64,000 nucleotides of DNA from Chloroflexota bacterium (GCA_965198185.1 CBDAOU010000001.1:302013-366012), one strand, 5' to 3'. Numbered from the stretch's first letter, positions 30,691-40,103 are shown. Numbers and translations: made by a program. Notes: a model not told the origin generated them from the sequence alone.

Positions 30691-31212
30691 TTAGCTGCCG
30701 TCTTGCTGTTCCAACTCCGCGCACGCGATGTACCACGCGTGGCGTGTTTCAAAGAGGTCGAAGATGGCCTCACCCTCGCTGTCCCACCTCGTGGTGTTGA
30801 GGGCGGTTTGCAGCGCCCAAAGGATTCGGCGTCCCGTGACTCCCGCTGCCTGCTGCGCACGCTCGGTCCAGCAGTCGCCCGGACGCCAGTTGTCCGGGAT
30901 TTCCTTTTCGGGGATCAGTCCCAAGCGCTCGCACCGGTCGCAGGATTCGCGTTCAGGGGCCAGAGAATTGCCCAGCAGCACGCCGGTGCGCAGGCTGGCG
31001 AGGGTCCGACACGCGAGGCACATGCGCTCGTCGCTCTCAGCCACCGAACCGTGTCGGTCCCAGCCGACATCAGCAATATCGCCGCAGTCAGGCTTGCCGC
31101 AGAACGTGCACAGCATCGGCGGCGGCGCAAAGTCCTGCGAAGGCCATTGGTCCCGCTGCGAATAGACGCAGGACGGTTGACCACACTGCGGGCAGAGGTC
31201 TCTTGACTTCAC
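30691..31212 (-). CDS. Cys-rich hypothetical protein with two predicted zinc ribbons
   Basis: 173 aa. CPQCGQPSC...CTFCGKPDC...CLAC...CDRCERLG, then a helical C-terminal half. Starts 2 nt after the stop of the T5orf172 gene. No family recognised. Confidence 0.55.
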   Translation of the reverse strand: MKSRDLCPQCGQPSCVYSQRDQWPSQDFAPPPMLCTFCGKPDCGDIADVGWDRHGSVAESDERMCLACRTLASLRTGVLLGNSLAPERESCDRCERLGLIPEKEIPDNWRPGDCWTERAQQAAGVTGRRILWALQTALNTTRWDSEGEAIFDLFETRHAWYIACAELEQQDGS

Positions 31213-31214
31213 CG

Positions 31215-31781
31215 TTAACTTCCCCCGCCTTCGCCCACAGCGCCAACGTCTATCTGGCTCGCCACGTCAGTCGCGGGAGGCGCGGTGCTTTCAACGGGAC
31301 GGAGGGACTCTTGAAAGCGCCAAACAGGCTCGTCTACGCCTGGCATTTGGATCACAGCCATGTAGGGAGTGAGCCTTTCGATGACACCCTCACCGCCGTC
31401 GAAGGTGACAGACTGGCCGACAGCCAAGTCGACGCCCGGCGGTTCATCGTCGCGCTGCGGCGTGACGTCCTCTCCGTCTAGCAGTTCCAGAATTGCCGCA
31501 ACTTGCTCCACCGCCACCTCAAAGAACTCGCGCCATGCGTGGACGCGCGCTGGCTCGAACGCCTGATGGAGTGCGGCTTCGACGGCTTGATAGTTGTCGA
31601 CTAAGCGGGCGATTTCGCACCTAAAGGGAGTCGGGACGCCCGAGGACCATAGGCCCTTGAGTCGCTTGTCGAGGTTTCCGTCGCTTGTGCACCCGATCTT
31701 GACCACATCCGGCATCGCCGGGTTCGTCAGCACGTAGACGATGCCGCGGTCATCATTGGACGTGGTGTCCTCAGTCGCCAC
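31215..31781 (-). CDS. T5orf172 (GIY-YIG superfamily) domain protein
   Basis: GIVYVLTNPAMPDVVKIGCTSDGNLDKRLKGLWSSGVPTPFRCEIA...REFFEV is a close match to the T5orf172/MUG113 domain. Acidic C-terminal extension of unknown function. Confidence 0.7.
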   Translation of the reverse strand: MATEDTTSNDDRGIVYVLTNPAMPDVVKIGCTSDGNLDKRLKGLWSSGVPTPFRCEIARLVDNYQAVEAALHQAFEPARVHAWREFFEVAVEQVAAILELLDGEDVTPQRDDEPPGVDLAVGQSVTFDGGEGVIERLTPYMAVIQMPGVDEPVWRFQESLRPVESTAPPATDVASQIDVGAVGEGGGS

Positions 31782-31840
31782 TAACGCGACTCCATCATGG
31801 TCCGGCAGCGGACGGCGAGCGTATCAGACAGATTCGCGGC

Positions 31841-32150
31841 CTACGCCGCCCCCGGCAGCCGCCGCCGCAGGGCGTAGCCGAAGTCAACGTAGCACCCGCC
31901 ACTGTGTCCGCCCGGCGTGAACAGGATCAGATTTGTAGCCTCGCGGATGTCCGCCAAGTCGATCTGGGCGCAGCGGCGTCGCTCAAGCGTCGTCAGCGCC
32001 TCGATTGGCTTGCGAAGGTCCGCGTTCGCCACCGGGTTATGCCAGCGGTTCACGACGGGGAATCCCAGGTCGCGCAGCTGCTAGGCGTAGCCTTCAATCT
32101 CAGCGTGCCGCTCGAACCGCGCCGCGAGGTAGATGCCGTGAATGGGGTTC
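31841..32150 (-). pseudogene. nucleoside 2-deoxyribosyltransferase-like gene interrupted by an in-frame TAG (32071-32073)
   Basis: My translation: ...ENPIHGIYLAARFERHAEIEGYA*QLRDLGFPVVNRWHNPVANADL...ILFTPGGHSGGCYVDFGYALRRRLP. IYLAg...G.P and G..SGG.yvdfGYA resemble the NDT/DUF4406 family. Only the part after the stop is in the ORF track (GTG 32053). Confidence 0.45.
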
Positions 32151-32294
32151 TCGGTCACGGGTGGCCCGCCTCTCCCTGTGCATGGGTCTGCTCATAGATA
32201 GAGGTGCACGGGCGCACACGGAGAGCAACCGGCGACCGCTCGCGGGGCACGATTACAGAAGGGAGAGGCCCCTTCGCGCACGGAGAGAAGCGTG

Positions 32295-32371
32295 TGGTAG
32301 GGCATGCGGGATTCGAACCCGCGATCTCCGCCTTGAGAGGGCGGTGTCCTGGGCCGCTAGACGAATGCCCC
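32295..32371 (-). tRNA. tRNA-Glu (anticodon CUC)
   Basis: Minus strand reads GGGGCATTCGTCTAGCGGCCCAGGACACCGCCCTCTCAAGGCGGAGATCGCGGGTTCGAATCCCGCATGCCCTACCA. 7-bp acceptor stem, D-arm TCTAGCGG, anticodon stem CCGCC/GGCGG with loop CTCTCAA, T-arm GGGTTCGAATCCC, encoded CCA. Confidence 0.85.
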
Positions 32372-32584
32372 ATGCGGTGTTGCGCCGCTCGCCATGCTAC
32401 CGAAACGGCAATGCACGGTGTAGCCGCGTAGAATCGAAGGTCGTGGGTCACAGCGCTTGCTGGGGCCTGCCGCCTCACCCTAGCCCTCTCCCCAACGGAG
32501 AGGGGACCGGACCGGTTTCGCTAGCCATATCGGCAGAGGCCGGAATTCGCAGGAGGTCTGCCACGCCTAGCCAGACCAGCGCCA

Positions 32585-33922
32585 ATGTTTGACACCCTGA
32601 CCGAGCGGTTGGGAGGCGTCTTTCAACGCCTTGGACGTCGCGGGCGGCTTTCCGAGAAGGATGTGACCGCCGCCGTGCGCGAGGTGCGCATGGCGCTGCT
32701 CGAGGCCGACGTCAACTTCAAGGTGGCGCGCGACCTCGTGGCGGGCATTCGCGAGCGCGCGCTGGGCGCCGAGGTCCTCGAAAGCGTCACGCCGGCGCAG
32801 CAAGTCATCAAGATCGTCAACGATCAGCTCGTCGAACTGCTGGGCACCGAGGCGGTGCCCATGGCGACCGCTTCGTCGCCACCCACCGTCGTAATGCTGG
32901 TGGGCCTGCAGGGGTCGGGCAAGACCACGACGGCGGCCAAGCTGGCGCTGGGCGCCAAGGGCCGCGGCGGCACGCCGCTATTGGTGGCCGCCGACACGCA
33001 GCGGCCAGCGGCGATTGACCAGCTCGTCACGCTGGCGCAGCAGGTTGACCTGCCGGTGCACGAGGAAGGCACCGACCCCTCGCCGCTGAAAATCGCCGTC
33101 AACGGCGTGGCCCGCGCCCGCGCCGAGGGCCACAGCCACGTGATCCTCGACACCGCCGGCCGCTTGCAGGTGGATGACGCGCTGATGGACGAGATCGGGC
33201 ACATCTCGAAGCGCATCAAGCCCCACGAGACGCTGCTGGTCGCCGACGCCACCACCGGCCAGGAGGCGGTGACCGTGGCCGAGGCGTTCCACGCCCGCAG
33301 CCCGCTCACGGGGCTGATCCTCACCAAGCTCGACGGCGACGCCAGGGGCGGCGCGGCCCTCTCGGTGCGGGCGGTGACCGGGGTGCCGATCAAGTTCGTC
33401 GGCACGGGCGAGGCCGTCGAGCCGCTCGAGACCTTCCATCCCGACCGCATGGCCTCGCGAATCCTCGGGATGGGCGACGTGCTTTCGCTGGTCGAGCGGG
33501 CCGAGCAGGTGATCGACGAGCGCCAGGCCAAGGAGATGGAGCGCAAGATGCGCGAGGACTCCTTTGGGCTGGACGACTTTCTGGATCAGCTGGAGCAGGT
33601 GAAGAAGATGGGGTCGCTGAGCCAGGTGCTGGGCATGCTGCCGGGCATGAGCGGCGCGCTGAACGATCCGGAGGTTCGGCAGGCCGTGGAGGGCGAGGGG
33701 CTGCGCCGGTTCGAGGCGATCATCCTGTCGATGACGCCCCAGGAGCGCGCGTCGCCGGACATCATCACCGGTCGGCGGCGGCGGCGCATCGCGGCCGGCA
33801 GCGGGACGTCGGTGCAGGACGTCAACCACCTGCTGAAGCAGTTCAAGCAAGCCCGCCAAATGATGCAGATGATGAGCAGCGGCAAGATGCCGGCCGGCTT
33901 GCGGGGGTTGCTGGGGAACTAG
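32585..33922 (+). CDS. ffh: signal recognition particle protein Ffh
   Basis: NG domain (GLQGSGKTTTAAKLA; DTAGRL) and M domain (Met-rich C-terminus QARQMMQMMSSGKMP). Confidence 0.95.
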   Translation: MFDTLTERLGGVFQRLGRRGRLSEKDVTAAVREVRMALLEADVNFKVARDLVAGIRERALGAEVLESVTPAQQVIKIVNDQLVELLGTEAVPMATASSPPTVVMLVGLQGSGKTTTAAKLALGAKGRGGTPLLVAADTQRPAAIDQLVTLAQQVDLPVHEEGTDPSPLKIAVNGVARARAEGHSHVILDTAGRLQVDDALMDEIGHISKRIKPHETLLVADATTGQEAVTVAEAFHARSPLTGLILTKLDGDARGGAALSVRAVTGVPIKFVGTGEAVEPLETFHPDRMASRILGMGDVLSLVERAEQVIDERQAKEMERKMREDSFGLDDFLDQLEQVKKMGSLSQVLGMLPGMSGALNDPEVRQAVEGEGLRRFEAIILSMTPQERASPDIITGRRRRRIAAGSGTSVQDVNHLLKQFKQARQMMQMMSSGKMPAGLRGLLGN

Positions 33923-34731
33923 GCGAGCGCCGGCGCCTCGCCGAGCAGCTCGTGGTCGCGCCAATCGGACACGAACATGTGGCCGGGGGCGTGGGTGATC
34001 ATCAGCGGGGGCCGCGAAGCTTGCGCCACGGCCTGGGGGGTGACGCCACAGGCCCAGAACACCGGCACCTCGTCCGCGCGCAGCTCGACGGGATCGCCCC
34101 AGTCGGGTGCTGCGATATCGGCAATGCCCAGCGCTTCCGGGTCGCCGGCGTGTACGGGCGCCCCGTGGACGCGCGGGTAGCGGGCCGAGATCGCGTGGGC
34201 CTCGTCCACCCGACCGGCGGGGATGGGGCGCATGCTCACAACCATGGGACCGGCAAACGGGCCGACCGGCGTGCAGTCGACCGACGTGCGGTACATCGGC
34301 ACGATCACGTCCTGCTCAAGGTGACGCAGTGGGATTCCAACGTCCTCCAAGGCGGCCTCGAACGTGAAACTGCAGCCGAGCAGGAACCCCACCATGTCCT
34401 CGCGCCAGTGCGCCAGCACATCCGTGGGTGCCTCGCCGCGCGCCTCGCCGTCAACGTAGACGCGGTAACGGGGCGCGTCGCGGCGAATGTCGGCGCCCGG
34501 GGCAAACTGCGGTGGCTCGGCGTCACCAACCGCGGTGCGCTCCAGCAGCGGGCACGGTTGCGGATTGGCGATGCAGAAGGCCTCGAAGTGGTCGGCCAGC
34601 GCAGCCGGCAGCATCACCAGATTCGCCTGCACATATCCCGGGGCCAGACCGGCGGTCGTCGCATTCCACGAGCCGTCCCGGCATGCCGCCCGCACGGCCG
34701 CGCCTGTTTCGAGCTTTTCCACCACCGTCAT
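33919..34731 (-). CDS. DUF1445 (YcsI/UPF0317, putative hydro-lyase) protein
   Basis: 270 aa with family-wide similarity (GYVQANLVMLP, FWACGVTPQ). Confidence 0.65.
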   Translation of the reverse strand: MTVVEKLETGAAVRAACRDGSWNATTAGLAPGYVQANLVMLPAALADHFEAFCIANPQPCPLLERTAVGDAEPPQFAPGADIRRDAPRYRVYVDGEARGEAPTDVLAHWREDMVGFLLGCSFTFEAALEDVGIPLRHLEQDVIVPMYRTSVDCTPVGPFAGPMVVSMRPIPAGRVDEAHAISARYPRVHGAPVHAGDPEALGIADIAAPDWGDPVELRADEVPVFWACGVTPQAVAQASRPPLMITHAPGHMFVSDWRDHELLGEAPALA

Positions 34732-35609
34732 GCCGCACCTGCCGTTCCGCGGAAGCGTTCCACGATTTCCCGCAGCCGATTGAGTATCTGCGCGTTCACC
34801 TCGAGCGAGTGGCCGTCGACCATGGCGGTGTTCGAGCGAGTCATGCCGTCCACGGCGCCGGCCGCCACGAGACGCTCAATCCAGCCCGCCTCAGTGGCGC
34901 CGTCCGGCAGCGTGTCGCGGCCGGTCACGATATCCAGCATAGCGACAAGGCCGTAGGCGCCCCAGTTGCTGACCTCGGCCAGCAGGAGGTGCGCAGCGCG
35001 GGTCACGCTCACACCTGGGATGAGCCCCTTGGCCCCGAGGAATTGCGCGATGGCGCCCATGCCGATTTCATTGCCGCCGTCGCCGACCGCCACCGAGAGC
35101 GGGGCGCGCATCAGCGGGTCCAGCGCGGCGGCTATGCCGGTGATGTCCTCACCGCGCATGGTGATCAGCCGGTCGTCGGCCGTGAGCCCCGGCCGCTCGA
35201 TCGCCACGACCAAATCGGGTGCATACTTCCGGCGCAGCGCCTCGCAGGCCGCCTGGGCGCCGCGACCGGTGCTCGGAGCCGCAACGACCGGCCCGATGTC
35301 GGCAAGCAGCGCATCGACGACGGGAAACGTCGTCTCGCAGGCCACCGTGACCACGTCCCAGCCGAGATCCGTCAGCGTCCTCCCGACCGCCATCGCGCCC
35401 GGCGGGCCGTCGGTCTCGCCGATCCCGCCGACGGGAAACCCCGTGAGGAGCATCGCCTGGGCGGGCGGGCGATCCGCGATAGCCACGGCAGTTCGGGCGT
35501 AGGCGTCCTCCGGCAGGAGACCGCGGCATGCGCCAAGGCCGCGGCTGTCCGTGGGGAAGACGGCGGCGGCTATCGCCTCTGCCGCGTTGCGCTGCCACCC
35601 CTGCATCAT
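34728..35609 (-). CDS. DUF4392 protein (second half of a split D-glutamate-cyclase-like enzyme)
   Basis: 293 aa; GFPVGGIGETDGPPGA and VGDGGNEIGMG motifs. Stop/start overlap with the DUF1445 gene (ATGA). Confidence 0.6.
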   Translation of the reverse strand: MMQGWQRNAAEAIAAAVFPTDSRGLGACRGLLPEDAYARTAVAIADRPPAQAMLLTGFPVGGIGETDGPPGAMAVGRTLTDLGWDVVTVACETTFPVVDALLADIGPVVAAPSTGRGAQAACEALRRKYAPDLVVAIERPGLTADDRLITMRGEDITGIAAALDPLMRAPLSVAVGDGGNEIGMGAIAQFLGAKGLIPGVSVTRAAHLLLAEVSNWGAYGLVAMLDIVTGRDTLPDGATEAGWIERLVAAGAVDGMTRSNTAMVDGHSLEVNAQILNRLREIVERFRGTAGAA

Positions 35610-35764
35610 TTGCGTTGGCCGGTCGTCATTCGAATCCCCAGTGAGTTTACGCCGACTCTACTTGGGCGCGAGCGTAGAATGCGGATCAACCGGCGACGGC
35701 CTCACGATACATTCTCGATTGTCAATCGCGGCCCTGGTCGCAAGACACTGCAGACAAGAGAAAC

Positions 35765-36343
35765 TCAAGACTCTCTAGCAAAGACACCAAGAAAGCTAAT
35801 CCAGCCCAAGATACCGATCAATACAATAGTAAATTCACCTCTGCCCAACGGCGCTATCGCCGACCTCGGAGACGACTGCCAATAGCGATTCAAATCCTTC
35901 TGTATATACGACAAGATGCAAGCCGTAGCCAGTACATCGGTAAGAAATGCCACCTGAGAAATCGCAGCTATCTCAAAAACTTGGGAGTCCATCCCGATTT
36001 CCCAAGGGTATAGCAGCCTCATGGCGGGAAACATAAATCCAAATAGATATACAAAGCCAAATGCAATCACAGCTAGCACAGGCTTGATGGATGTGTCCAA
36101 GCCTCGTGCTACCATCAGATCCTTGTATGCCCGCACGTGATTGTGAACTTGAAACAGGCCATAAAACGGCACTAGAAACGACAGAGCATGCAAGAGTGGA
36201 TATGCCGTTCTTCCAGTATGATCCCTATAGTGCTTCCAGGTACGGAATGCCCAATACAGAAGGTATAGACCTCCTGATATCAATGAGACAATAACTACAC
36301 CTCTCACTGGTATTACGTATTGGTTTGAGTACACTCTCGGCAA
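35765..36343 (-). CDS. hypothetical membrane protein encoded in an AT-rich segment
   Basis: 192 aa with five hydrophobic helices. The local sequence is conspicuously AT-richer than the surrounding genome. Confidence 0.5.
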   Translation of the reverse strand: MPRVYSNQYVIPVRGVVIVSLISGGLYLLYWAFRTWKHYRDHTGRTAYPLLHALSFLVPFYGLFQVHNHVRAYKDLMVARGLDTSIKPVLAVIAFGFVYLFGFMFPAMRLLYPWEIGMDSQVFEIAAISQVAFLTDVLATACILSYIQKDLNRYWQSSPRSAIAPLGRGEFTIVLIGILGWISFLGVFARES

Positions 36344-36518
36344 ATTTTGTAACTAATGTCAATCCCCGACGCTAAGGGCGTAGCCCTAACTTTAACAGAA
36401 GGCTCCTTAAACATCGGTCCACATTGGCCCGTCAACGCCACCGCCCGATACAGCTCCAGCGCCACTGGTTCCCACTGGCGCGACTTGGCGCTGTAGTCTA
36501 CCGCAGCAATAGCTTCGC

Positions 36519-37220
36519 TTAGCCGCGGCCGAAAAGGCCGAACACGGCGAGGCCGCCGAGGAAAAGCACGCTCCCCGAGACCGCCACCAGCGCCTCTGTA
36601 CGGGCGATCCCCCGCGGCAGCAGCGCCATGACGCCCATGTTCACCGCCGTGTGCACGGGGATGAGAGCAATCACCAGCAGCGGCCAGCGCGCGACGAGCA
36701 GCGTGAACCCAATGTGCGCGGCGCCCGCGAACAGCCGCTCGACGACGCCCCAAGCCGGTGCAATCTCGCGGTCCAGTCCCATCTTGGCGAGCTCTTGCCG
36801 GGCCTCCAGCGCCCGTGGGTCGTCGCGGCGCATGAGCGCCAGCCGCACGAACCCCACCTGGATCCCGTAGACGGCCTCGACCGCGGCCCAGCCCGCGCCG
36901 ATAGCGTAGGCCGTGGCGAAATCCTGACTGGCCACCAGCACCACGCCCAGCCGCGCCAGCTCCTCGGTCGGACCCGCCAGTGCGGGCGTCCAGCGGCGCA
37001 TGACGTCCGGGCCGGCACCGAGCTGCCGCAGGCCGAAAACCACCGGCAGGCGCAGCACCAGCGCCAGCGTCCATCCCAGCGCGCCCGCCCCGAACCAGCC
37101 CCAGGGCACCTCATGGCCCAAGCCAACGGGGACAAACACCAGCGCGGCCGTTGCGGCGAGCGCACCGACGCCACCCGCCGCGTGGGCAAGCCCCTCACGA
37201 ACGGACATGCGAGCTGTCAT
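36519..37220 (-). CDS. hypothetical polytopic membrane protein
   Basis: 233 aa with six or more TM helices. No family assigned with confidence. Confidence 0.5.
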   Translation of the reverse strand: MTARMSVREGLAHAAGGVGALAATAALVFVPVGLGHEVPWGWFGAGALGWTLALVLRLPVVFGLRQLGAGPDVMRRWTPALAGPTEELARLGVVLVASQDFATAYAIGAGWAAVEAVYGIQVGFVRLALMRRDDPRALEARQELAKMGLDREIAPAWGVVERLFAGAAHIGFTLLVARWPLLVIALIPVHTAVNMGVMALLPRGIARTEALVAVSGSVLFLGGLAVFGLFGRG

Positions 37221-37230
37221 TCGAGGCGTG

Positions 37231-38265
37231 CTAAAGGTCCAGATTCACTGGCTCCCACTGGCGCGACTTGGCGCTGCGGTAGGCCGCGTCGATCACCATG
37301 TTGGCGATGTATCCGTCCACGAAGTCCTCGTCGGAGGGCTTGCCTTGGCTCAGGGCCTCGACGAAGTGGAACATCTGGCCGTGGTAGCCGTACTGCCACG
37401 TCTCATCGGCTTGAGGGAAGGTCCAGCCGGTGTCCGAATCGGCCTTTTCCTGGACATAGCCGATGGAGTTGAGACTGAAGGCGCGTATCGGCGTGCCGTG
37501 CGTGGAGTTGATGTGGATCAGCCCGTCGGTGCCGTAGACCTCCGTGCGCACGTCCATGCCGCCGTGGTTGCTCCAGCCGGCCTCGACCTGTCCCAGGCTG
37601 TCGTTCTCGAACCGCACCAGCGCGATGGCGTTGTCCTCGAACGGCACGTCGTGCTCCAGGGTGTCGGCCCAGCAGAACACCTCGGTGGGCATCACGTCCT
37701 TGCCGATGAAGATACGGCAGGCGGCCACGGCGTGAATCCCCATGCCCAGCAGCGGTCCGCCGCCGCTCTTTTCCACATCCCAGGCATAGCTGGCGTGTGA
37801 GCCCGTGTGCGCCTCGCGCGCGCGGACGATGAGGACCCGGCCGATGGCCCCGTCCTGCACCGCCTGCCTGGCGCGCAGGACGTCGGGCATGAACGCCTCG
37901 GTCTCCGCATATCCGTGCCAGACGCCGTGCTCGCGCACCGCGTCGAGGATGGTCTTGGCCTCGGGCCCATTGCGACCCAGCGGCTTGGTGCAGACGACGG
38001 CCTTGCCCGCCTCGGCGGCGGCAATGCAGGCCGGCGCGTGGGCGTCGTTCGGCAAGCCAATCGCGACAAGATCGACATCGTCACGGGTGACGGCCGCTTG
38101 CATGTCGGTCGTCCACGCGGGAATGTCCCACTCCGCCGCGAACTTCGCCGCCCGGGCCTCGGTGCGCGAGAAGTTGACCACGACCTGCTGCCCCGGCACG
38201 TAGCGCAGCGCGCGCATGAAGAAGTCACACACAAACCCGCTGCCGAGCATGGCGATGCGAATCAT
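37231..38265 (-). CDS. Gfo/Idh/MocA family NAD(P)-dependent oxidoreductase
   Basis: MIRIAMLGSGFVCDFF Rossmann start and family C-terminal domain. Confidence 0.8.
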   Translation of the reverse strand: MIRIAMLGSGFVCDFFMRALRYVPGQQVVVNFSRTEARAAKFAAEWDIPAWTTDMQAAVTRDDVDLVAIGLPNDAHAPACIAAAEAGKAVVCTKPLGRNGPEAKTILDAVREHGVWHGYAETEAFMPDVLRARQAVQDGAIGRVLIVRAREAHTGSHASYAWDVEKSGGGPLLGMGIHAVAACRIFIGKDVMPTEVFCWADTLEHDVPFEDNAIALVRFENDSLGQVEAGWSNHGGMDVRTEVYGTDGLIHINSTHGTPIRAFSLNSIGYVQEKADSDTGWTFPQADETWQYGYHGQMFHFVEALSQGKPSDEDFVDGYIANMVIDAAYRSAKSRQWEPVNLDL

Positions 38266-38285
38266 CTGGACGGTCCTTTCCCTGT

Positions 38286-40103
38286 CTACGAGCCTCGGGC
38301 GCCAAACATCAGCGCCAGCATGCCGAAGTCCACCAGCAATACAAGCAGGGCGATGGGAATTCCGGCGCGCGCAAAGTCACGCGGACGAAAGTTTCCAGGT
38401 CCCATGACGAGCAGATTGACCGGGTGAGCGTACGCGGTGATGAAGCCGGTGGAGGCCGCCAGGGCCACGCCCATGGCAAACATGCGTGGGTCCGCTCCGA
38501 CCAGGGCGGCGGCGCTGAGCGCCACGGGCGCCATGAGCACCGCGGTGACGTGATTCCCGAGAACGTGGGTAAACATTGCGGTGAGCAGGAGCATGCTCGC
38601 AAGCACGATCCAGGGCCCTCCGTCGCCGAGCGATTCAGCCAGCGACTCTCCGACCAGGGCCGCCGCGCCGCTCTGACGCATCGCCTCGGCCAGGGTCAGC
38701 ATGCCGCCAATGACCACGATGGCGCGCCAGTCGACGGCGGCCAACGTCTCGCGGCCACGGACGCAGCCCGTGACGACCATGGCCACCGCCGCCGCCAGCG
38801 CCACGATTGCCACCGGCGCCAGCTGGAACATGAGCGCCGCAACAAACCCGGCCACGATGGCGACGGCGATCGGCGCCTGCCGCGGCCGCAGCGTCAGGCC
38901 CACGCGCTCGGTCACGACAACGAAGTCGGGGTCTTCACGCAACTCGGCAATTCGCGGCAGCGGTCCCAGCACGAGCAACGCGTCGCCAACGCGCAGCGGC
39001 ATGTCATGCAGATGCGTGCGGCGGGGCGCGCCGTCGCGCCAGATGCCCAACACGCTCAGCCCGTAGCGGTCGCGAAAGTTGAGTGAGGGCACTGTCTCAC
39101 CCTCCAGCGTGCTGCGCGGGGCGAGCGACGCCTCGGCGAACTCCACGTTCTCCGTTTGCAGCGCGGCGGCGCCGAGCGTCGACGGCCGGGGTTCCGGCAG
39201 CTCGAATCGCTCGCGCAGCTGGGCGATGTCGCGGTCGCGAGCGCTCATCACGAGCACGTCCTGCGCACCAAGCATTCTCTCGGGCGCGGGCGCAATGTCC
39301 GTACGACCATTTCGCTGGATTGCCACGATCGAGATACCGAAATCGGTGCGAATACCGCTGTCGCGCAGGGTCAGGCCCACGAGGGGGCTCGCGGGCGGAA
39401 TGGCAACTTCGTACAGGCGCTCCTCAAGCCGATAGGGGACGTGGTCCTCGCGTGCGCGGGGGAGCAACGCGTCTCCGGCCGCGCCGGACGCATGCCGTGG
39501 CAGCAGGCGGTGCCGCCCGAACACCAGCGCCAGGATCCCGGCAACCAGAATCGCCGCTCCGAAGGGCGTGAAGTCCAGCAGGCCGAACGGCTCGATCCCT
39601 TCCTGGGCGACCACGCTATTTACCAGCAGGTTCGACGGCGTCCCCACCAGGGTGAGCGCGCTCCCGAGCAGGGTGGCGTAGGACAACGGCAGGAGCACGC
39701 GGGAAATGGGCGTTTTCAGCTCGCGGGCGGCGGCCACCGCGGCCGGCAGGAGCACGCCGCCGGCGGCAATCGCGTTCATGAACCCGGAGAGCAAGCCGGC
39801 CGCCAGCACCGTGACGGCGATCAGCCGGGCTTCGCTGTTGCCGGCGAGCCGGCCGATCAGGCGTCCCGTCCAGTGCGCCACACCGGTGTTCGCGAGACCC
39901 GCGCTCATCACCATGACCGCGCCGATCGTCACGACCGCGCTGTTGGAAAACCCGCGCAAAGCGGCTTCCAAATCGATCGCACGCCCGAGGAACAGGACCA
40001 ACAGCACGCCGATGGCCGTGACTTCGAACGGCACCCGCCCGCTGGCGAAGACCACGACCGCGACGCCCACGACCACCAGCACGAACACGATCTCGCCGGT
40101 CAT
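38286..40103 (-). CDS. SLC13/DASS-type anion permease with two internal TrkA-C domains
   Basis: 605 aa. Duplicated permease halves flanking two TrkA_C-like soluble repeats (RVEAIGHQWWFE...; GETVPSLNFRDRYGLSVLGIWRDG). Confidence 0.75.
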   Translation of the reverse strand: MTGEIVFVLVVVGVAVVVFASGRVPFEVTAIGVLLVLFLGRAIDLEAALRGFSNSAVVTIGAVMVMSAGLANTGVAHWTGRLIGRLAGNSEARLIAVTVLAAGLLSGFMNAIAAGGVLLPAAVAAARELKTPISRVLLPLSYATLLGSALTLVGTPSNLLVNSVVAQEGIEPFGLLDFTPFGAAILVAGILALVFGRHRLLPRHASGAAGDALLPRAREDHVPYRLEERLYEVAIPPASPLVGLTLRDSGIRTDFGISIVAIQRNGRTDIAPAPERMLGAQDVLVMSARDRDIAQLRERFELPEPRPSTLGAAALQTENVEFAEASLAPRSTLEGETVPSLNFRDRYGLSVLGIWRDGAPRRTHLHDMPLRVGDALLVLGPLPRIAELREDPDFVVVTERVGLTLRPRQAPIAVAIVAGFVAALMFQLAPVAIVALAAAVAMVVTGCVRGRETLAAVDWRAIVVIGGMLTLAEAMRQSGAAALVGESLAESLGDGGPWIVLASMLLLTAMFTHVLGNHVTAVLMAPVALSAAALVGADPRMFAMGVALAASTGFITAYAHPVNLLVMGPGNFRPRDFARAGIPIALLVLLVDFGMLALMFGARGS

